A DNA stretch of 64,000 bases from Octopus vulgaris (Eukaryota): NCBI GenBank assembly GCA_951406725.2, contig OX597825.1, forward strand, positions 23,684,001 to 23,748,000, read 5' to 3'. A program made the position numbers and the translations under genes. The notes beneath the pieces are model-generated. The model was not told where the DNA came from, searched no databases, and saw nothing but the letters and a program-made list of their open reading frames with translations. Shown in pieces: positions 1 to 13,389 of this stretch; positions within the stretch are counted from its first letter, which is position 1; the number at the start of each line of letters is the position of its first letter.

Positions 1-460
1 AGATCTGTTCTAAAGTAATTACTCGAGGAACTTGGAACCATGAGCTTTTGATGCGTTTGAGATGAGATAGCTCACATCTAAAAGAAGTCTTCTGTCACCC
101 ACCTAGCTGTCTCTAACGAGCCAAGGGTTAATCAATTGGTATTGCAAAAGAGTGTATGGAACTGGTGAATATTGGAAAATTCACATGTGAGAAACTGTAA
201 AAGATGGATTCCTTGTTAAATAATGTTGATGTTCGGTGCACAGTCCTTATAAAGCAGTGGTCGCATAACTCACCATGTTTAGAGACATTTTTCGTCCAGC
301 AAAAATTGAGTTTGGCAGTTAGAAAGAGCATGAGTGTGTTTGAAGTTGCTGTGTATCGGTCGGGGAAGCAAGTAAGAGACGAAACTAGTAGAAAATTGAG
401 GATTGCAAAAATCATTGCGATTCTACACCGAAAATACCATTAAGGGGTGAATGTGGAAAT
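1..460 (-). mobile_element. Degenerate APE-endonuclease fragment of a non-LTR retrotransposon (CR1/L2/Jockey group)
   Basis: ORF 128..415(-) reads FAILNFLLVSSLTCFPDRYTATSNTLMLFLT...ELCDHCFI. By eye this aligns with the LINE endonuclease C-terminal pattern F..L..L.Q.V..PTR.PD....N.LDLFLT...LG.SDH..I; the catalytic motifs are decayed. Confidence 0.5.
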
Positions 461-974
461 ATAAAGCATTTCAGACTGTTTATAAGAAATAGAAGTGTAT
501 CTGACTCCTGGAATGGTCGACGGGTATTTTAGTGGTTCAAAGAGTTCAGAAGTTGGCAGAATAAGCATTTAAAGAATTACAAAGTGAGACTGTAATCTAG
601 AGAGAGAAACGTAAAAAAATATGACTTAGTTTTCAAATACGTGACTCAAAACATTATGTAATTAATGCATTCGTTCTATAGCTATTGACAGCTTGTGTCT
701 GCGTGTTGTGCAACATCAGTGTTTAGCGACTGGGAGTTTATTAATTTACAGCGTTATATTCAATTTCATTTAATAAGAGTTAAAATACTTGCCAGCTGAC
801 GTAATCAGAGACCTTCAGGCGTATAACGTTGGTGGTGGCTTGCAGTATACACACACTGACATACTAAGATAACAAGAGAAGGGAAACATGTATTTCTTTG
901 ATGTTGTGCTTTCTAAAATTCAATAAGCTATATTTATGTAATTTTTATACGTCTGTGATCAATATATGCATGAA

Positions 975-999
975 GCATATATATATATACATACATACA

Positions 1000-1032
<33 letters not shown>

Positions 1033-1178
1033 GTGTGTGTATATATACACACATATATATATATATACACACACACACACATATACATATATGTATCTAT
1101 GTATATATATATATATATATATATGTATCTATGTATATATATATACATAGATACATATATGTATATATATATATATAC

Positions 1179-1215
<37 letters not shown>

Positions 1216-1912
1216 CATATATATATACATATATATATATATATAAATTTACAGACATACATTCATACATGCATACATATATATGCATACACGTAATACA
1301 TGCAAATATGTAAATATGCATATATGTGTGTGAGTGTGTGTGTTTGTGTATATATATATATATATATATATGTCTTTGTCTGTCTGTGTGGATGTATGTA
1401 CTTGTATGTGTTTCTATCTGTGTGTAAATGAATTTTTACAATTATGTCTCCGGTATAATTAGATATTTGCATATTTGTAATTTACATATTCATGCGTTAA
1501 TAATGTTTGTATATTTGACATCCATAAACTTCTCTGCAGACATGTACGTATAAGTGTGCCAGTGAGAAAGTGTGTAAGCTTGTGTACGAACAAGAAAGTG
1601 TGTACGTATGTTCGTGAACGAACGTACGTGTATGCGAATGTGTGCTTGTTTCTAAACAAATATTTTCATAAGTTTATCTACTTATGCACATTTGTGTGTA
1701 TACGTATCTGTATGTACGTGTGTATATGCATATACCTGTGTATTTGAATGTGTATATACATATATCTATCTATCTATATATATATATGAATATATATATA
1801 TACAGAGAAATAGAGAGAGAGAGAGAGAGAGAGAGAGATAAATACACACACACACATATGTATACATGTGTGTGTGTGATTGTGTGTGTGTGTTTGTTTG
1901 TTTGTGTGTAGA
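975..1912. repeat. Compound microsatellite field (TA, TACA, CA, GA)
   Basis: Directly visible; source of the YI/HT/CV low-complexity ORFs. Confidence 0.97.
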
Positions 1913-2349
1913 TATGCAGAATCGGCGGTTGTCATGAATATTCCCTTATATAATCAAATAAAATTAAAATAAATTACTGAATATATACGTATCTCTCGTA
2001 GATAAATTTGGAGGCAGTGTACTGACTGAAAGGTATCAGCGGCTCTCATTTTGCCTGGGAGTAAATTTTAGACCCCTAAGTCTAAGAATATAAATTATTT
2101 CTTGTGAAGAAGCTTCCTAATTTCCACCTTTCTAAAATTGTCGTTAAAATTTACGGTCAAGATTTTGTCGTCTTTCTTCTAAATAAGAGTAAAAATTCAA
2201 TTAACATAAGTCCTCCATTTGCACATACAACAAAATTTTAGGTTCAGTCCTACTGCGTGGCATCTTGAGCATGTATTTTCTAATATAGCTCTTGGCCAAC
2301 CAAAGCCATGTAGGTGAATTTGTTATTATAAACGCATGAATATGTAAAA

Positions 2350-2489
2350 CTGTCCGACGAACGGCAACGGGAAACTCAGAGTAACAGGTTTTGTTGAATT
2401 TTCTGCTGCTTTGAATAAAGCATATTACTCTACCACTGGTATTTGAGTACTCTTTTTTCCACCTTGTTTCACATTTATGTGTTTACTCC

Positions 2490-2491
<2 letters not shown>
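2350..2491 (+). mobile_element. Penelope-like terminal fragment with minimal hammerhead-like motif, ending in (TA)n
   Basis: ctgt-CCGACGA-acggcaacgg-GAAA-ctcagag-TA-acag at 2350-2387, then about 100 nt of tail running into (TA)n. Confidence 0.6.
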
Positions 2492-2522
<31 letters not shown>

Positions 2523-2526
<4 letters not shown>

Positions 2527-2792
2527 TTTTTGCGTAATAAGATAAAAAACCAAGGCTGTGTAGATATTAGAACATTTATAGATAGAAAGTCTTACAGCCG
2601 TTTCTAGAATATTTATTAATTATATCCCTTGATCGGAGACGGTTAAGTCGATTTAACTATCCTCTCACACCGTCTTCGATGAAGGGATATAATTAATAAA
2701 TATCCTAGAAACAGCTGTAAGACTTTCTATTTATAAATGCTCTAATATCTACACAGCCTTGGTTTTTTTATCTTATTACACAAAAAATTATT
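2523..2792. mobile_element. Fold-back (inverted) pair of Penelope-like termini, each arm carrying a hammerhead-like motif
   Basis: Arms about 2523-2642 and 2670-2792 are reverse complements. Right arm: gtct-TCGATGA-agggatat..atatccta-GAAA-CAGCTG-TA-agac. The same family recurs at 22147-22260(-). Confidence 0.75.
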
Positions 2793-2978
2793 ATTATAAA
2801 CACACACTCACAAAGAACCAATGTTGAACCCTTTACTCGCAATATTACCGAAACTGGAAGTTAACTATGGTCCGTCTATAGCACTTATTCAGCATTACCT
2901 GACACCTTTGGGTCTCAATGACACCATTATCTCTTATATACATACATACATACATACATACATACATACATACATACA

Positions 2979-3014
<36 letters not shown>

Positions 3015-3022
3015 TATATATG

Positions 3023-3059
<37 letters not shown>

Positions 3060-3066
<7 letters not shown>

Positions 3067-3440
3067 AATTTAAAATAATAAGGGTGAAAAATTGAATATC
3101 ACTTTGATTGATATAAATTTAAAATCAGTGGTCTAGCATATAGAAAAATCTGAAGATTCAGAACAATTGTGTTACATACATATAAGAGGCGTGATCACTA
3201 AGTGGACATCAATTACGCTAGAAGTCGACCCCTTGTGGTCTTACCACTTAGAAAAGAATGTTCTCAAGAAAATTTAGAAACGCCAGAATGTAAGCGACCA
3301 AGATACAAAATATACAGATTACGTTCTGGCGTTTGCTAAATTTTCTTGAGAACATTCTTTTCTAAGTGGTAAGACCATAGGGGGTCGAATTCTAGCATAA
3401 TGGATGACCACTTAGTGGTCATCCCTCTTATATGTATGTA
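3060..3440. mobile_element. (TA)n-flanked element with about 120-bp inverted duplication
   Basis: 3173-3293 is the reverse complement of 3319-3440. 3075-3190 resembles the reverse complement of 34020-34150, so this is a dispersed family. Confidence 0.7.
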
Positions 3441-3499
3441 TATATATATATATATATAATCTCACTCGCTTATTTATATGATTTCTTGCACTGATCGGT

Positions 3500-4000
3500 G
3501 GACTATGAACCTATGAGGTCTTGGGAAAGAGGAATGTCGCATTTTCCATGACTTTAGCCTTCGTTCTCATAACATAAAGATACTCCTACGTTTCATCTCC
3601 TGTCACGAGATTAGAAAAACTGTTTTGATTGACGATTGACTTCAGAAGCTACTGGCATACAAGAACAAACTTCTACCATTCTCTCATTCAAATCGGGTTT
3701 AAGCTCCGGATTTTGCGCGTTGCCCTCACTTACCTTATCCAAAGTCTTTCACCAGCTTCTGTAATGCAATGTTATCACAGTCAATTTGTGCAGCACATTT
3801 TGACTAAACTGCCCATGCGAATCAATTCATCAACTCGCTCTGGTGATCCGTATCAGTGCCTCGGAGCTGATGGATTCCACTCGCATGCTTTCAGTATTGA
3901 TTTTCATCGACCCCTGCACACTGGTCTTGTCAATGATAGCCTTCTGCGGATGTCGGATAGCTTATACTCTTCTTCATCAAGAACTTAACGACAGAATGTT
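3500..4000 (-). pseudogene. Decayed mariner transposase, N-terminal half
   Basis: Minus strand gives RVDELIR, NERMVEVC and LVTGDET*EY (plus-strand cgtttcatctcctgtcacgag, 3589-3609), matching the mariner IVTGDETW motif; many stops and frameshifts. Confidence 0.6.
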
Positions 4001-4431
4001 GCTTCTGGTTAGAATTCATTAGTTTCCTGTAACGAAGAATAAGAGAATTACTGTAGAAGACATACACAACCAAGCATGAAAAATCAATTCCAGTTAAAAA
4101 TATAATGAAAAGTCATTTTTGCATTACTCTCGATAAAACCGTTGTGTGCTTGCTGGAAATCGAAACTGCAATGGGAGCTGTGGGTTTACGTCGGAATGTT
4201 CATAAACTTCAGACTGTAACTTTCTACTGTTGTGGTGTTTTAAATTCCAATGAAAGAGTTTTAATTCTTTGTTACAAACCAGTCCGTTATTTACAGAGAA
4301 AATTGAAAGAATAAAAAGGAAAAAAAAAAAAAGGCCCATAGGTAATTCGACGAATGTATTGCTGATTTGAGGGGAAGGGGCAAGCCGATATCATCGACAC
4401 GAGTACTATTCTATTCTTTAACTAATCTTTC

Positions 4432-4921
<490 letters not shown>

Positions 4922-5596
4922 AACAATGTTACTGTTTTGTAATTGACCCCGGAAATATAAAAAGCAAAGTCGACTGCAGAACGTAAGGAACCAAAAGGAA
5001 AGCGTGGAAGTGCTTTGTCCGTTAGCGCAAGGATTAAGCCAGCTCAAAATGTAGACATGTGTAGAAAACAATTATGTATACTTTCTTTAAACTGAAGGTA
5101 GTCCATATTGGTACGCTGTGGCAGCGTTTAAGCGTAGGAGGCGCTTTTCGTTGATATCGGAATTGAAAAGAAATTTATTACCTTTTTCTGTTGGGAAATA
5201 AGTTAATTCAACGCCACGGAATAGCTATCTCAGAATTTCTATTTTCTCAAATTTAAACCTTTACAGAATCCAGTTTTCTTGAAGTTACACTCATGGGAGA
5301 AACGTTAATTCAGCACTGTAGAGTAACAAATGGTGTAGTACATCTTTACTTGCGAAGATAAGATCTACCTATCGTCATGGGATAACTATTCATAATCCAG
5401 ATGTATTAAGCTAATGATAATACAGAATCTTGTTGCAGTAGGTAATGGTTACAAAAATTGTTGCAGTAGTTAAAGGTTGCAAAAGTTGCTCAGATACCAA
5501 TAAGGGTTGATTTGATAAGGAAGCTTGCTCTTCTATGTTACAATTTCCGTAACTATTTCTGAATACTCGTCCTTTGATCAATATTTTCTTCCTCTT

Positions 5597-7295
5597 TATT
5601 TCTTTTACTACCCACAAGGGGCAAAACACAGAGGGGACAAACAAGGACAGACAAACGGATTAAGTCGATTACATCGACCCCAGTGCGTAACTGGTACTTA
5701 ATTTAACGACCCCGAAAGGATGAAAGGCAAAGTCGACCTCGGCGGAATTTGAACTCAGAACGTAACGGCAGACAAAATACCTATTTCTTTACTACCCACA
5801 AGGGGTAAACACAGAGGGGACAAACAAGGACAGACAAATGGATTAAGTCGATTACAACGACCCTAGTGCGTAACTGCTACTTAAATTTATCGACCCCAAA
5901 AGGATGAAAGGCAAAGTCGACCTCGGCGGAATTTGAACTCAGAACGTAGCGACAGACGAAATACTGCTGAGCATTTTGCCCGGTGTGCTAACGTTTTCCT
6001 TTTTAATGCATTGACATTGTACACACGCTAGATGAAAGAAATGATCTTCTTGTTGCTCTCTCCTAATTTCATCCATTACTGCTCCATCACTCTGCTTGTT
6101 GGTATTGAGATAAAATGGATTAAAGCTTCTTAATGCCAACTCTTTCAGCAGCCATCATTCACTGCTACTAATCTGACATTGTGTTGCATATTGGCACTTA
6201 ATTCTTTAGTTGTGTTTTCTGTCAATCAACCTTTTCTCGTCCCGACGCCATGTGGGTCATCACAAACTGTTAGATATAACAAGTCTGAGATTCCCAAACC
6301 TGCTCTCTTCTATAGCTAATGACAATATTTTAGATCCAGCTGTATTTCTAATTTCTTTATTGCCCACAAGGGGCGAAACTTAGAGCGGATAAACAAGGAC
6401 AGACACCAGTGCGTAACTGGTACTTAATTTATCGACCCTGAAATGATGAAAGGCAAAGTCGACCTCGACGGAATTTGAACTCAGAACGTAGCGGCAGACA
6501 AAATACCTATTTCTTTATTACCCACAAGGAGCTAAACATAGAGGGGACAAACAAGGACAGACATAGGTATTAAGTCGATTACATCGACCCCAGTGCATAA
6601 CTGGTAATTAATTTATCGATCCCGAAAGGATGAAAGGCAAAGTCGACCTCGGCGGAATTTGAACTCAGAACGTAGCGACAGACGAAATACTGCTGAGCAT
6701 TTTGCCCGGTGTGCTAACGTTTTCCTTTTTTAATGCATTGACATTGTACACACGCTAGATGAAAGAAATGATCTTCTTGTTGCTCTCTCCTAATTTCATC
6801 CATTACTGCTCCATCACTCTGCTTGTTGGGATTGAGATAAAATGGATTAAAGCTTCTTAATGCCAACTCTTTCAGCAGCCATCATTCACTGCTACTAATC
6901 TGACATTGTGTTGCATATTGGCACTTAATTCTTTAGTTGTGTTTTCTGTCAATCAACCTTTTCTCGTCCCGACGCCTGGTGGATCACCACAAACCGTTAG
7001 ATATAACAAGTCTGAGATTCCCAAACTTGCTCTCTTCTATTATTTGATGGCAATATTTTAGATCCAGCTGTAATTCTAATTTCTTTATTGTCCACAAGGG
7101 GATAAAAAGGATAGACAAAAGGTTTAAGTCGATTACATCGAACCCAGTGCGTAACTGGCACTTATTTAATCGACCTTGAAAGGATAAAAGGCAAAGTCGA
7201 CCTCGGCGGAATTTGGACTCAGAGCATAGCGGCAGACGAAATACCGCTAGATATTTCGTCCGGCGTGCTAACGTTTCTGCCAGCTCGTCGCCTTA
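5597..7295 (-). mobile_element. Cluster of family-B SINE units (dimer, dimer, monomer) bracketing a 726-bp tandem duplication
   Basis: Units share the reverse complement of gactttgcctttcatcctttcggggtcgataaattaagtacc (Nin/Deu-domain-like). 5941-6350 recurs at 6667-7078. Confidence 0.92.
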
Positions 7296-7339
7296 ATTCT
7301 ACGTACCATCCCACTGTGCCAATGAACTTTTATTTGTTT

Positions 7340-7900
7340 TTTTCCTTAAACGACGTATCCCTTCACTCTCAATTTTGTAATACTTTTTTGTTTCCTGCCA
7401 CTATAAAACTGCTTAGAGACTTCTTACACTTGAAAGTGATTCTTAACCAACGAATTAATTCCTCAATGCTTTTCAGTATATCCTGAGCTGAATACACTGC
7501 GTTTGATAGAAGCGTAATGTCGCTAGGGAAATTCCGTTGTGCCATTTCCAAAAGCGCTGCTTCTCTACTCGATCATTGTAATACCAGTTCTGCAGGCAAT
7601 ATAAAGAGCATAACTAATATGGTTCACCCTCCCACAATACTCCAAACCTTTCCATTCATAGGAAATGTCTATTTAATAAGCATCATCTATGTTGACTTTT
7701 AAGAAGATAACCATTCGAATATTACGACCTCTTGTGTCAAATCACGTCGAACAGAATCACACACACTTTCAAGATCTAACCACGTCAATATTAAATTGCA
7801 TTTCTCCTCTGATGGGGTCTAAATAGCTTCCCAAATGGCATATATGCATTTGGATACACCCAGAATTTCAGTTTTATGCATTAATTAATTTATTATATTT
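7340..7900 (-). pseudogene. Decayed reverse transcriptase of a HERO/NeSL-like (RLE) non-LTR retrotransposon
   Basis: Minus-strand pieces IWEAI, KCNLILTWLDLESVCDSV (cf. WLDLANAYGSVPH) and SDITLLS..AQ..L..IEELIRWLRITFKCKKSLS (cf. MDD.T.L...LEELI.WARM.FKP.KSRS). Confidence 0.6.
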
Positions 7901-9820
7901 AAGGTTATATTTAAGTTTATGGGAAACAAATTTCCGGCATATTCGGGACAAACGCTTGTGTGCTGAGGGTGATGCTGTATTCTCTTACTGAATGTAGCAG
8001 TCCATGTCTTATCTGTCAGTGAAGCAGCTCTGTCGGGCTTTCAGCGTCTCCCATAAAAAAAAAAAATTGCAGTAGATTTTGAGGTAACATATTCGTAATG
8101 TCGAAGAATCTTTAAAAACCCTAATCAGTACAGAGCGATGGAGATATACGAAGATATATCCAAATTCGTCGAATTTCAATATTTTGTTTTTTTTTCTGAC
8201 GTATTTTATGATATAAAAAAAAATGACAATCTTTGCCTGGATAATGAACATCAATAGATTAGACATAATAAAGAATTTGAAATTTAGGAATTCTAACAAG
8301 TGCGGTATGACTATTTTGAAGTGGTTGAGGACGTGGAATTGTAAAATTCTGATATGTTTACCACCGTAAAGAACTAGAATATAAAAGCAGGCCATGATTA
8401 GAACGAGAAGGATGGTTGTTTAAATCAATAATTTGGTCTATGTAAAGAGGCGAACATTACCAATTCTAGCAGATACAAATTGACGCGTACAGTGTATGGT
8501 GACTTGTGATAAGATATTGGAATTAAAGATTCTGACACTTTGTTGAAGATGAGAATTTGAAGATTTACGGCAGCTGAAGAGGGTGAGAATGGGATTCATA
8601 AAAAGTTAAAGATTCTCAATTTGGTCAGATATGGTTTCACTTTTATAGTGTACGGGGAAATTATCTCGGAAAATAGGAATGAGTAGTCGATAGTTTACAA
8701 CAATATTAAGACAGATTTTATGGTTACTATTATAAGCATTCTAGCGGAGAATAATTACTATTGAGCAAATGAGACATGTCTCAGAGGACAAAATAAAAAA
8801 GACAAATCTAATGCATTCTGTATTTCGTGACAAGTCAGGTGTCGTTAAAACTGGTTTCTGATTATTACATACATTTGATAACTTAAGTAAAAATATTGTA
8901 ACATGCTGCAGAGTGGAATATCTAACACATGCTACATTTACATGTTTCGTTTCAAATATTATATCAGAGCAAAACAATCTGTTCAAATGTTCCTAATTAC
9001 ACGGATCGGATCTGGGATAACGATCGGATGCGACCCATCGAATACCTTAATCGCACGAAAGGTTGGCAAATCTATCAATTCAGCCAAGTGAGGATTCAAA
9101 ATTGACTGAAGAATTTGTTTAATTGACTGGAAACCAGGCATAGTTATGTTGGTTTATAGTTCTCAGATCAAACCTGATAATTTGTCTTCTTTCGCACGAG
9201 AGACTACTGCAATTCTGTTTTCAATTTTAAGATTAAATTACCGTAGCTTTCATGTACAAAGCTAAAGTGTTCAGACTTCTGAATACTACAGAAAGTGTAT
9301 TAGGCTGGAATGTTTCAAACGAACTTGAAAACTTCTTTGCATAAAGTATCAAGAATTTATGTTGGGTGTAATGAAGTGGCGTGGGGGATGGGGCAATGTG
9401 TTGTATTGATGAGAAACAGCAGAACTATAAATGTTGAATTAGAAATGACAGCAAGTTTCAATTAGAGATGTTTTAGAAGTTAATTCATTCGTGTTATTCC
9501 AATAAAAACGTTTGCTTAATCGACCATTCTTCGATAAAACGAGAAACGTTTGAGGGGATAAAATGTATTGAAAAGGAAAATCTCAGAAAAGATTTAGAAA
9601 AGGAAAAAAAAAAAAGAAAAAAAAAAAGAAAAAGCATAATCCCGTCATCAACGGCATCATGAGAGAAAACAGTCTGGTGATATTCCTATATTTCCATCGT
9701 TCCACGAAGAGGCTTCGACTCAAGCGAATATAAAAAATAAAAACGAAACAAATATACCGATCATAAAGAAAATATCGAATTTTTTCTCTTTTTCTTTTCA
9801 CAATCACACAAAAGCCCAGG

Positions 9821-10275
9821 TTGCGTGGAATTATGGGAAGTAGTAAAATATATTTCGAGGAATTGCATTCACCGAATGGATAAGTTATTGCGATGATTAA
9901 TGACAGATCGCGTGTTCAAGCATTCTACAAGACTTTCGTTGTACTTTCGAAGAAGCGTTTTGTAGTGCATTGTTACAATTCACTTAAATTTCAAATGAAA
10001 TTTACCAACTTACTAGGGAATGTTGACCGTGATTGGCTGGGCTTCTTGCCAAAAGGATAGTTTCCACTCATCTAATTCAGCAACAAACAAACGGAACTAT
10101 GCATTTTTAACATAAATATCATTATAAAAATCTTTTTCTTTCTTATTACGATACATTTTGGAATTAATTGACAAGCTTACAGACATTGAAACCGCACACT
10201 CTGGTATCGCTACCCGACATTACATTGCACATCAATGCACTATAATGCAATAAAACAGACTCCCAAGATGCATAA
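9821..10275. promoter_or_regulatory. Possible regulatory region with two ZNF143/Staf-like motifs and a CCAAT box
   Basis: ggaattatgggaagtagt (about 9827-9844), gattggct (10031), tcccaagatgca (10261-10272), inside about 3 kb free of SINEs and microsatellites. Motif matches are imperfect. Confidence 0.22.
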
Positions 10276-11407
10276 CTATCTTGATGTGTAAGGCAGGTTA
10301 CAGTTATGTCCCTTGATCATACACTCGACTCTCTGCTGACGAAAGCAAACGAAATTCTTTGAAAGTCTCGAAAGTTATAGACAAATGGTGGGAGAAGGAA
10401 AGGGGAAAAAAGGGCAAGATGTACGAGAAGAGGAAGAGGGGAGAAAATAGTCGTTCATTTGCAATTTTGATAAAAACCTACTGTCATATCGTCGCTCAAC
10501 TCGCTAAAAGTAGTAGTGGAAACTCTCGCAAATCACACCTCACAGTTTAAAATACTTCATTGAACAATACATTTGCTGATATATAAATGATTGAAAAACT
10601 TTCGTCACAGATTTGCATTAATTATGATTAATCTAGGAAAACACAAGTTTATTTCTTTTCACAAGAAAAGGGCCTTTCACTGCTTCATTTCAGCCGAATT
10701 TATCAATTTTATTTCAACAACTTTATAGTTCCTTTACTCTCACATGTAACAACATTACTATATTAATACAGGCGCACTACAAACACAATGATTGTTTCAG
10801 TCTGCAAACAATATACCAATATCGCCATGTTCTAGACAATTTCTGTCCTCCATCTCAAACCGAAAGTAAGCAACCAATTCCGGAATCACAGCATATTTAG
10901 TATCATTCGAGCAGCAGCTTTCTTGCCCAAGTTTACAATTAATTTCCATAAAACGAAACACAATTCATAGCCACACGAGTTTCATTTCCATTGTAACTTC
11001 TCGCTATTTTAAAACGAATATATTATAAAACACCAAGACAAAGGCATTTGCAACGATGACAAGCGTAATAAATTGATTTTAAAAGAATTTATTTATTGGA
11101 AGGGTTAAATGCTTTGATGTGAACAGAGAAAAGGTATATATTTACAAAAGATTACCATAAATTGTAAAACGTCGTAAATTCAACGTTGTGAATAAAAAGG
11201 AAAGTTCCTGCATTTTTTTCTCTAATTAATCATTTGCTATAACATTGTTGAAGTAGTTTGTGTCAACTTTTAGATATTTGATTCCCTCAGTTGGTTTCAG
11301 TTGATGTAGAATTCTTTCCAGATATAAAATTTGAAGTCTATTTTTTATCTATTTATCTTTTCCATTGTCTTGCAGCGACTAAACTTCATGAATATGTATG
11401 TATGCTC

Positions 11408-11445
<38 letters not shown>

Positions 11446-12440
11446 TAAGTTTGGAATAATATTCCCTCATATTATTGTTATTATTTTATATATATATATA
11501 TGCAAAAATAAATAAATAAATAAATAAATATATATGTATATATATATTTCTATGTTTTATGCATGTTTTTTTTATATTTGTATGCATGGATGTATGGATG
11601 TGTATACACGCATGAATATATGTATCTATTTATTCATGTATGAACGTATCTCACTTCGGGATAATTTTTATATATGCAAGCATGTATATATGTTCGTATA
11701 AAGGAATGTATGTACATATGTAAATGATAGTATGCATAAACAATGTATACATACATATATAAATTCACATGTATTATATATATGCATCCATTTTATGTGT
11801 AGATATATACATTGTTTACAAATAAATCACATATATATATACATGCCCACATTGTTATACGCATAGTTATATTCCTCTCTCTCTCTCTCTTTCTCTCACT
11901 CTTTGTGTGTGTATGTGTGTGTGTGAGTGTGTGTCAATATATACATATTTATAAGTAAGGCATATGTATGTATATATGTATGTATACACACACGCACACA
12001 ATCTATAACCATCATAGCATTTATACAGTTATTTCCCGTTGAATATTTATTTTTTTCAAAATAAATGCAATATATAAAATATGTAAAGTATATTTATGTC
12101 CATCGAATTTTAAATAGAGAGGAAGTTTAATTTCCGATCGTTAATGGACTCTTCGTATATACATGATTGCTTTACGTATTATCCTTCTCATATATCTCCT
12201 GTACAGGGCACGTTTGCCGGATCGGAACACGCATCCCAGTTTCGCCATACGGCTGTGGTTATGTCATCTGGACATAAAAATGAATGAAATATAACAGAAA
12301 GCCACGAATAAGTTACTAAAAATACATACCACTGCTATATTTGGAAATAAACAGAATCTTCGTTTTTCTAATATTGTTCTTTGGTTCCCTCGGTTATTTC
12401 CAACAGCTTTGGTGGAAGTGAGACAGTATACAGTCGTCTC

Positions 12441-13112
12441 AAAGGGCGGCGAGCTGGCAGAAACGTTAGCACGCCGGGCGAAATGCTTTGCGGTATTTCG
12501 TCCGCCGCTACGTTCTGAGTTCAAATTCCGCCGAGGTCGACTTTGCCTTTCATCCTTTCGGGGTCGATAAATTAAGTACCAGTTACGCGCTGGGGTCGAT
12601 GTAATCGACTTAATTCGTTTGTTTGTCTTTGTTTGTCCCCTCTATGTTTAGCCCCTTGTGGGTAATAAAGAAACAGGTATTTCGTCTGTTGCTACGTTCT
12701 TGAGTTCAAATTCCACCGAGGTCGACTTTGCCTTTCATCTTTTCGGGGTCGATTAAATAAGTATCAGTTACGCACTGGGGTCGATATAATCGACTTAATC
12801 CCTTTGTCTGTCCTTGTTCGTCCTCTCTATGTTTAACTCCTTGTGGGTAGTAAAGAAATAGGTATACTGTCGTCTCAAAGGTGGCGAGTTAGCAGAAACG
12901 TTAGCACGCCAGGCGAAATGTTTTGCGTTATTTCGTCTGTCGCTACGTTCTTGAGTTCAAATTTCACCGAGGTCGACTTTGCCTTTCATCCTTTCGGGGT
13001 CGATTAAATAAGTACCAGTTACGCACTGGGGTCGATATAATCGACTTTATCCGTTTGTCTGTCCTTGTTTGTCCCGTCTGTGTTTAGCCTCTTGTGGGTA
13101 GTAAAGAAATAG
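12441..13112 (+). mobile_element. Family-B SINE array (dimer plus monomer) with triplicated 15-bp target sequence
   Basis: gtatac(a/t)gtcgtctc at 12426-12440, 12862-12876 and 13113-13127; head ggcggcgagctggcagaaacgttagc. Confidence 0.92.
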
Positions 13113-13185
13113 GTATACTGTCGTCTCGAGATGACATTTGACGTCTGGACTGGATTACTAAATGTTACTTACATAAGGTGTAACG

Positions 13186-13385
13186 TGTGGAGGCGCATGG
13201 CTTAGTGGTTAGCATGTTGGAATCATGATCATATGATTAAGGTTTCGATTCCTGGACCGGGCGACAAAACACTACATTTAATGTTGCTTCAATTCACTCA
13301 GTTAGTAAAAATGAAAAATCCTGCAACGGACTGGCGTCCCGTCCAGTTGGAGAGTTTATATGCCATATACGCCATGGAAACCGGC
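13186..13385 (+). mobile_element. tRNA-derived SINE family C (V-domain-like core), truncated
   Basis: Head tggaggcgcatggcttagtggttag...ggtttcgattcc; core cctgcaacggactggcgtcccgtccag. Confidence 0.85.
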
Positions 13386-13389
13386 AAAA

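Noticed and set aside
5597-7295. Regularly recurring units resembling a CRISPR or tRNA array
   Set aside because: Units are about 185-bp SINE bodies without unique spacers; no cas genes; eukaryotic context.
8009-8900. 128-aa ORF with KILKFDE, faintly like LINE RT (FADD)
   Set aside because: Too degenerate to support; possibly an ancient LINE.
10335-10365. CTGACGA...GAAA hammerhead-like core
   Set aside because: No stem I or stem II pairing; chance match. The same applies to CTGACGA at about 61671.
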